A DNA stretch of 62,487 bases, counting the filler, from Choristocarpus tenellus KU-1152 (lineage: Eukaryota; Protista; Phaeophyceae): the NCBI GenBank assembly GCA_964200185.2. It is 11 parts of 11 records of this genome, joined end to end, with 100 filler letters (N's around TTAATTAATTAA, not from the genome) between each part and the next. Parts side by side here need not be neighbours in the genome. Positions count along the whole stretch, not along the records: positions 56,830 to 62,487 come from CAXNAD020010103.1; 10 more parts are not named here. One strand, written 5' to 3'. A model generated the notes under the pieces. That model searched no databases and had not been told where the DNA came from. It saw only the letters and a program-made list of their open reading frames with translations. Each line of letters starts with the position of its first letter. Position 1 is the first letter of the stretch. Shown piece after piece: positions 62,251-62,487 of the stretch. The position numbers and the translations under genes are program-made.

Positions 62251-62446
62251 GGCTCAAAGTATCTGCAGGGGGTGGGTGGGGTGGGTGGGGGTCTACACCA
62301 GGGTGTCCATTTGGGCCCTGACCAGGAGAAGTGCACCTACATTATCCATCCAACACATGGAACCAAATCACCCCAAAAATCGCGACATGGAAAAATGGGC
62401 CCCAAATGGACAGCCACCACCTCCCCCCCTCCAGATACTTTGAGCC
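62251..62446 (+). mobile_element. MITE subfamily B, near-intact reference copy, flanks TTTC/TTTG
   Basis: GGCTCAAAGTATCTG ... CAGATACTTTGAGCC is a perfect 15-bp TIR, with G-rich and C-rich subterminal tracts. Confidence 0.88.
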
Positions 62447-62487
62447 TTTGTATAGCAATGAAAAAAAAACTCCCTCCTCTCTGGAGA

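Overview
This is eukaryotic nuclear DNA, not a prokaryotic region. It is eleven short contigs joined by ten identical 100-nt artificial spacers (N44-TTAATTAATTAA-N44), so adjacency across a spacer means nothing. Intron-rich genes, signal-peptide plus transit-peptide presequences, TTAGGG repeats and a ciliary gene point to a photosynthetic stramenopile, most likely a brown alga or close relative (inference). Hand-built spliced models give one complete gene, an 8-exon phosphomannomutase (PMM). Partial genes are an SMP-30/gluconolactonase-like protein, a sulfotransferase exon, an HDHD5/CECR5-like HAD hydrolase, DUF1350 and DUF1995 plastid proteins, a signal-peptide-bearing ubiquitin-activating enzyme E1 (probable SELMA sUba1), a PPR protein, the 3' end of CFAP57, a bacterial-type O-methyltransferase and several hypothetical proteins. 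Non-coding DNA is dense in micro/minisatellites and transposon debris. The most distinctive signal is an abundant two-subfamily MITE with GRSYCAAAGTATCT-type inverted ends and variable 4-bp target duplications (about 10 copies plus 5 fragments). There is also a Stowaway-like MITE, a pogo/Tigger deletion derivative and decayed LINE, copia and piggyBac-like remnants. No CRISPR array, rRNA or tRNA was recognised. All family calls rest on motif recognition by eye, not database searches.
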